From Chrysomallon squamiferum (lineage: Eukaryota > Animalia > Mollusca), in assembly GCA_012295275.1 (NCBI GenBank), contig CM022677.1, positions 4,030,001 to 4,094,000 on the forward strand: 64,000 nt of DNA. Direction: 5' to 3'. The notes beneath the pieces were generated by a model. The model was given only the letters and a program-made list of their open reading frames with translations, ran no database searches and was not told the origin of the DNA. Position numbers and translations under genes: made by a program. Below are positions 54,128 to 64,000 of this stretch, in pieces; position 1 is the first letter of the stretch, and each line of letters opens with the position of its first letter.

Positions 54128-54197
54128 GATATACATACATACATACATACATATATATATATATATACATACATACATACATACATACATATGGATA

Positions 54198-54233
<36 letters not shown>

Positions 54234-54242
54234 TAGATATAC

Positions 54243-54303
<61 letters not shown>

Positions 54304-54401
54304 TACATACATACATATATACATATATATACATACATACATACATACATATATACATATACATATACATACATACATATATATATATATACATACATAC
54401 A

Positions 54402-54433
<32 letters not shown>

Positions 54434-54435
54434 CA

Positions 54436-54467
<32 letters not shown>

Positions 54468-54812
54468 CATACATACATACATACATATATATATATATAT
54501 ACATACATACATATATATATATATATACATACATACATATACATATATATATACATACATACATATATATATATATACATACATACATACATATATATAT
54601 ACATACATACATACATACATATATATATATATACATATATATATACACATACATATATATATATATACATACATACATACATATATACATATATATATAT
54701 ATACATACATACATATATATACATATATATACATACATACATATATATATATATACATACATACATATATATATATATACACATACATACATACATATAT
54801 ATATATACACAC

Positions 54813-54843
<31 letters not shown>

Positions 54844-54848
54844 CACAC

Positions 54849-54881
<33 letters not shown>

Positions 54882-54944
54882 CATACATATACATACATAT
54901 ATATATATACATACATACATACTACATACATATATATATACATA

Positions 54945-55008
<64 letters not shown>

Positions 55009-55340
55009 CATATATATATACATACATACATACATACATATATATATAGATATACATACATACATAATATATATATAGACATACATACATACATACATAT
55101 ACATACATACATACATATATATACATACATACATACATACATATATATATAGATATACATAAATACATACATACATATATATAGATATACATACATACAT
55201 ACATACATAAACATACATACATACATACATATATATAGATATACACACATACATACATACATACACATATATATATAGATATACATACATAAATACATAC
55301 TTACATACATACATATACATACATATATATATATATATGT
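53758..55340. repeat. ~1.6-kb (TACA)n/(TA)n compound microsatellite
   Basis: Direct inspection. Confidence 0.97.
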
Positions 55341-55869
55341 CTACACAGTTTTATATCATCACATGAATGATTCAGGGGCCTGGTCTGTGATGTATTAAAA
55401 TTTCTTGTCCTGAATCAGCTAAAACCTAATAAATAACTAAAAAAAAGCAAGGAGCGATTAAACATGTTTTCATGTCTCTGTAAGGCTATTTTCTCAGTTT
55501 ATAATCTTTTCATTAGACTGTTTATATTTTAATGTACATTTGTATTAAATAAGCCTCTTTTTAACCAGAACCAGACAATACAAAAGTTAATGTTATTTCT
55601 GTTGTTTGGTTTGCCTTTATGGAAGACAGAGCCAGTCAGATGTAAACAGTATATAAACACAGGTAAAATATTACACAGGGGTTCAGTGAGTATCAAAATC
55701 AATGAATCATAATGTACTTTGCTCAGTACAGTTGTATATCCAGTGCTGTAATTGTAAATAGAGGTTTAACTAAACACTGAGTAGAAAAAAAACGGTGTTT
55801 TCCAGATGCTAGAGAAATTCTTGATTTATAATGAGAAGTTTTATAAAAACTATTATCTTTCTGCTTCAG

Positions 55870-59225
<3,356 letters not shown>

Positions 59226-60591
59226 AGCAGACAGATCTTCCTCACAAAGCGAGTTATTTAGAGACAGAAGAAGACAAAGATTTCTCAAACCAAACAGAAA
59301 TTCCACAGAAACGTCTGTCTGATGTCAGCAACAAAGAAAGATAAAACGAAATCCACCATGTGATCATTTATTTGATATTTTAGTTGTATTGGTATGTTGA
59401 TACAGTCAGCCTAAATGAATGAGATGAAAATGCTTATGAAGAACATTATAAAACATCCTTTGCTCATATGCTAATATTAAAATAAAATGTTAAATATTAA
59501 TATAATTACTATTATAGAAAATTATTATGAAGAACATTATATCAAAACAATATTATTAAGAGCCAAAACCTTAATATAAAGTACAATATATTTAACATTA
59601 TGCAAAAACATGAAGAAAATTATACTTAAATGTACATGTTAACCTTATGCAAAAACACGAAGAAAATTATACTTAAATGTACATGTTAAATTATGCAAAT
59701 TGTGATAATACAAACTGGTTATTATACGGTTATAACTAAAAATGAATTTATAATAAGAAAATAATTGTGTTCTGCTAACGTTCATTTTTAAGGTTCTGTT
59801 AATAACTATACTATATTTTCTTGGGGTGGGTTTTGTTCGTGTATTTTTTGTTTTGATTTTTTTGTTCTTTATTTTGTTTTTTTTTTTTTTTTTTTTTTTT
59901 TCTGATTATAATAATAACCAGCAGTTCAAAGATCTGTCATTCAAACTTGTGCCGAATGAACAAATTATTTCAGTAAAGTTTTATACAACTGTTGACATAT
60001 TATTATTTTTGTTTCTTTGTTTATCTGTTAATTGTGACTGAAATTTAGTGTTACTCTTACCATTTATTACACAATAAAACAGTTTATCTCTTATAGCCAT
60101 TTATCTAGTTTCTCCTGTTGTCCTTCTCTGCTAGTTTCACATGGACACATTTGTGTTTTTAAAACTTTTCTTTGTATTGTAATTAAGAAATGATAATGAA
60201 TAATGATAATAGTAAAATTATTTTTATTACTGTTATTGCTATTCTTATTAGTTATTATTACTTTATCATAATTATGTTGTTATTATTAACAAATGTATAT
60301 TAAAATGCTGAAGACATTATAAAATTATTTTTAGCAGTATTTCAATTTGAAGTTCCATGTTAAGAAAATTTCAACTTTCTGTATGTAAGAACATATTCAA
60401 AATGGCCTTTTTGATCTTCCACATAGCAAATAGCTTTAATTATTAAGAGCTTTTTCTTAGATATTTATTTCAAACATATATCACCTCCACATTAATAAAT
60501 TCAATTTTATATATATCGTAGCAAAATACTTGGTAAAATCCATGGCTTAGATCAAAACAAACATATAGCCTGAAATAATTGTGATACAGTA

Positions 60592-60653
<62 letters not shown>

Positions 60654-61216
60654 ATAATAATAATAATAATAATCTTGTTTCTACTCTCACAACTGAATAA
60701 TCTAATGATGATAGTTTTAGCTGAGCCAAGAAATTTGCCTTATTTTGAGTAGAAAACAGAAACTTTGATTACATCCTGATATGAAAGACGAATGAAAGGT
60801 TTGTAAATAAAGAAGATTATTTATATTTCACAAATATCTACATTTATACCAAACGTAGCTATACTAGCAACAGCCAGTGAAATAATCATAAGTAAGTAAA
60901 CATTTTCTTTCTTCTTGTAGATTTCTTTCTTCCTATGGATGGGTCACCTCCATGGGTGTCAATGGGCAAAACCGTCTTCCCGTGTGTAGTGGTCCAACAA
61001 GAATGGCATGACAGTTGACATGATGCGAAAAGCAGCTCAAACCACAAACTGATAAAAAAAACACCCGATGAATATAAAGCTGATAATGATTATTAAAACA
61101 CTATTTACGAAACATCATAAACGTGAAGAATGTGAACATGGTGATAAAAATATTTAGTGAATGGTTTCTATAAAATATTTCAACAGTTCTGTTATTTTCA
61201 GAATCTGTTTTGCAGA

Positions 61217-62529
61217 GCCCATGGACATCGACCCCTTCGACGACAGAGAAATTCAACCAATGGAGGTTGACCCATTCGACGACAGAAACATTCAACCAAT
61301 GAAGGTTGACCCATTCGCCGACAGAGACATTCAACCAATGGACGTCGACCCACTCGACGACAGACATTCAACCAATGGACGTCGACCCATTCGACGACAG
61401 AGAAATTCAACAAATGGAGGTTGACCCATTCGATGACAGAGACATTCAACCAATGGACGTCGACCCATTTGACGACAGAGACATTCAACTTATGGACGTC
61501 GACCCACTCGACGACAGACATTCAACCAATGGACGTCGACCCATTCGACGACAGAGACATTCAACCAATGGAGGTCGACCCATTCGACGACAGAGAAATT
61601 CAACCAATGGAGGTCGACCCATTCGACGACAGAGAAATTCAACCAATGGAGGTCGACCCATTCGATGACAGAGAAATTCAACAAATGGAGGTTGACCCAT
61701 TCGATGACAGAGACATTCAACCAATGAAGGTTGACCCATTCGCCGACAGACATTCAACCAATGGAGGTTGACCCATTCGATGACAGAGACATTCAACCAA
61801 TGGAGGTTGACCCATTCGACGACAGAGACATTCAACCAATGGAGGTCGACCCATTCGACTACAGAGACATTCAAACACTGGAGGTCGACCCATTCAACGA
61901 CAGAGAAATTCAACAAATGGAGGTCGACCCATTCGATGACAGAGAAACTGAACAAATGGAGGTTGACCCATTCGACGACAGAGAAATTCAACAAATGGAG
62001 GTCGACCTATTCGATGACAGAAATTCAACAAATGGAGGTCGACCCATTCGACGACAGAGAAATTCAACAAATGGAGGTTGATCCATTGGACTACAGAGAC
62101 AGTCAAACACTGGAGGTTGACCCATTCGACGACAGAGAAATTCAACCAATGGAGGTCGACCCATTCGACGACAGAGACATTCAACCAATGGAGGTCGACC
62201 CATTGGACTACAGAGACAGTCAAACACTGGAGGTTGACCCATTCGACGACAGAGAAATTCAACCAATGGAGGTCGACCCATTCGACGACAGAGAAATTCA
62301 ACAAATGGAGGTTGATCCATTCGATGACAGAGACATTCAACCAATGGACGTCGACGACAGAGACATTCAACCAATGGAGGTTGACCCCTTCGACGACAGA
62401 GACATTCAACCACGGAGATTGACCCATTCGACGACAGAGACATTCAACCAATGGAGGTTGACCCATTCGACGACAGACATTCAACCAATGGACGTCGACC
62501 CATTCGGGGAAACCATGGATACATCCTGA
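61217..62529 (+). repeat. 39-bp tandem array (~33 copies) encoding a (D/E)IQPMEVDPFDDR 13-aa repeat
   Basis: Unit GACATTCAACCAATGGAGGTCGACCCATTCGACGACAGA; occasional 2-bp AG deletions shift the frame. Confidence 0.93.
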
Positions 62530-62777
62530 GTATTAGGTATCATAATAAAATATGTTGAAACATTATTATTTTTCACAAATATTCTCTACTTTCATATTAG
62601 ACACAGCTATACGGCGAATGATGTAAAGATAACATTATATAATAAATAAGCATTTTTCTTTTCTTCTTGTACAGGTGGATTTCTTTGTTCTCCCGATCGT
62701 TCACGTCCAGTGCAAGGACACCGACGTCCATGGGCTCCACCCTCTTCCCGTGTATAGCGGGCCACGTGAAAAGCTCG

Positions 62778-62930
62778 ACCTGGAGCTGACTGGAAGTGAA
62801 AACCTGGAGCTGACTGGAAGTGAAAACCTGGAGCTGACTGGAAGTAAAAACCTGCAGCTGACTGGAAGTGAAAAGAACGACCTGGAGCTGACTGGAAGTG
62901 AAAACCTGGAGCGGACTGGAAGTGAAAAGC
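62778..62930. repeat. 24-bp tandem repeat (~6 copies)
   Basis: Unit ACCTGGAGCTGACTGGAAGTGAAA. Confidence 0.9.
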
Positions 62931-63302
62931 AGCTCAAAGCATGAACTGGCAAAAACAACTGATGAACAGAAAAGTTGACAAAATGTTTCAAACATGAAAC
63001 ATCATAAATATGTAAATCATGCCAGTCATTTATATCTTGATCAGTGGTGGTTACAGCAAATTAAAGAAGTTTTTTCCTCTCAATGTTGCATTTATGAACA
63101 TATATTTAAAACAGTAACAATAATTCAGAAATGTTTTCCCAGGGATTTTCCTGTTTATATTCTAAGATGTCAACTATACAAGTTGGTGCCATGACTACAT
63201 GTGCAGGTTCCTCCAGACACTGTTGTTCTGTTATATTAGCAGTTATATAATCTGTTACATTAGCACTTCACATAACAGTCGGTATTGATAGTAATAGTCA
63301 TA

Positions 63303-63339
<37 letters not shown>

Positions 63340-63814
63340 TACACACACACACACCTATTATCTGAGTAGCAATTACCACTATTACTGATACACTCACTCA
63401 CTCACACACACACACACACATATTATCTGAGTAGTAGCAATTATCACTACTGCTGATATACACACACTAACTCATTCTCAGGAATATATAAATATATGTA
63501 AAGCTAAAGTTAGAAAATTAATTATGAAAGGCAGAAAAAGGCTCAGAGACAGAGTAAGAGAGATGTAGTTCTATCTATCAATCTATCTTTCTATCTAAAA
63601 ATGAAATTCAAGAAAACGAGAGTAAAAACAAAAAATAAACACAGGATAAAAAATACAAATTTTCGGGGAAAAGATTGTCAGATTTCATTCCAGAATTAAA
63701 ATAACATTTAAAAAAGTATTCTTATTACAATTATAAAATTTCATCATCATACAAAAAATACACCTAGACCAACAACCAGAAACAAACAAAAACAAATAAA
63801 GAACCAAAAAAAAT

Positions 63815-64000
63815 ATACAGATTATCAGATAAATTAAGAACACTGATTGGATGTTTCTTATGTTTCAACATGGACTCCACAAACTGTGTTATTAACATCC
63901 GTAATCCAACTGGCTGAAAGCTTGAGCATTTAGCAGGATTTCTGACTGCTTGACAGACAGGGTCAAGTCTGCAACCTCCAACACTTAAAGCTGTCACATG
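63815..64000 (-). other. Possible exon with an LRR-like motif running off the window end
   Basis: Complex, GC-richer open frame ...TALSVGGCRLDPVCQAV...KHPISVLNLSDNL. Only a single LxxLxLxxN-like match. Confidence 0.25.

Noticed and set aside
53591-55320. Long ORFs of up to 555 aa (MYVC/HTYI repeats), and similar ones at 30253-30856, 36233-36953, 38509-39090, 42040-42864 and 44449-44975
   Set aside because: Translations of microsatellites that are open in several frames; no coding signal.
61217-62529. CRISPR-like appearance of regular 21-91 bp arrays here and elsewhere
   Set aside because: Units are head-to-tail with no unique spacers, there are no cas genes, and the context is eukaryotic.

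Overview
AT-rich, microsatellite-dense eukaryotic DNA from an invertebrate animal (lophotrochozoan/mollusc-like is my inference). The one apparently intact gene is an EGFR/ErbB-family receptor tyrosine kinase on the + strand (16600-43074). I reconstructed it by hand as 27 phase-consistent GT-AG exons (3969 nt, 1322 aa), from the signal peptide to a C-terminal ETEV PDZ-binding motif. Around it lie broken gene pieces: a near-identical duplicate of EGFR exons 5-6, a lone TIR-domain exon, a GIMAP/AIG1 GTPase pseudogene, a collagen IV pseudogene and a CUB-TM-PPxY receptor pseudogene. There are also Tx1/L1-type LINE remnants, a Gypsy LTR/PBS/gag remnant, a dispersed ~385-bp repeat and many minisatellites. 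Most long ORFs in the supplied track are repeat artefacts. The most notable points are minisatellites that amplify EGFR splice donors or a GIMAP coding motif, a divergent kinase activator surface in this EGFR, and a 39-bp array encoding an acidic PMEVD repeat. I cannot establish a new biological system from sequence alone; these are leads to test.
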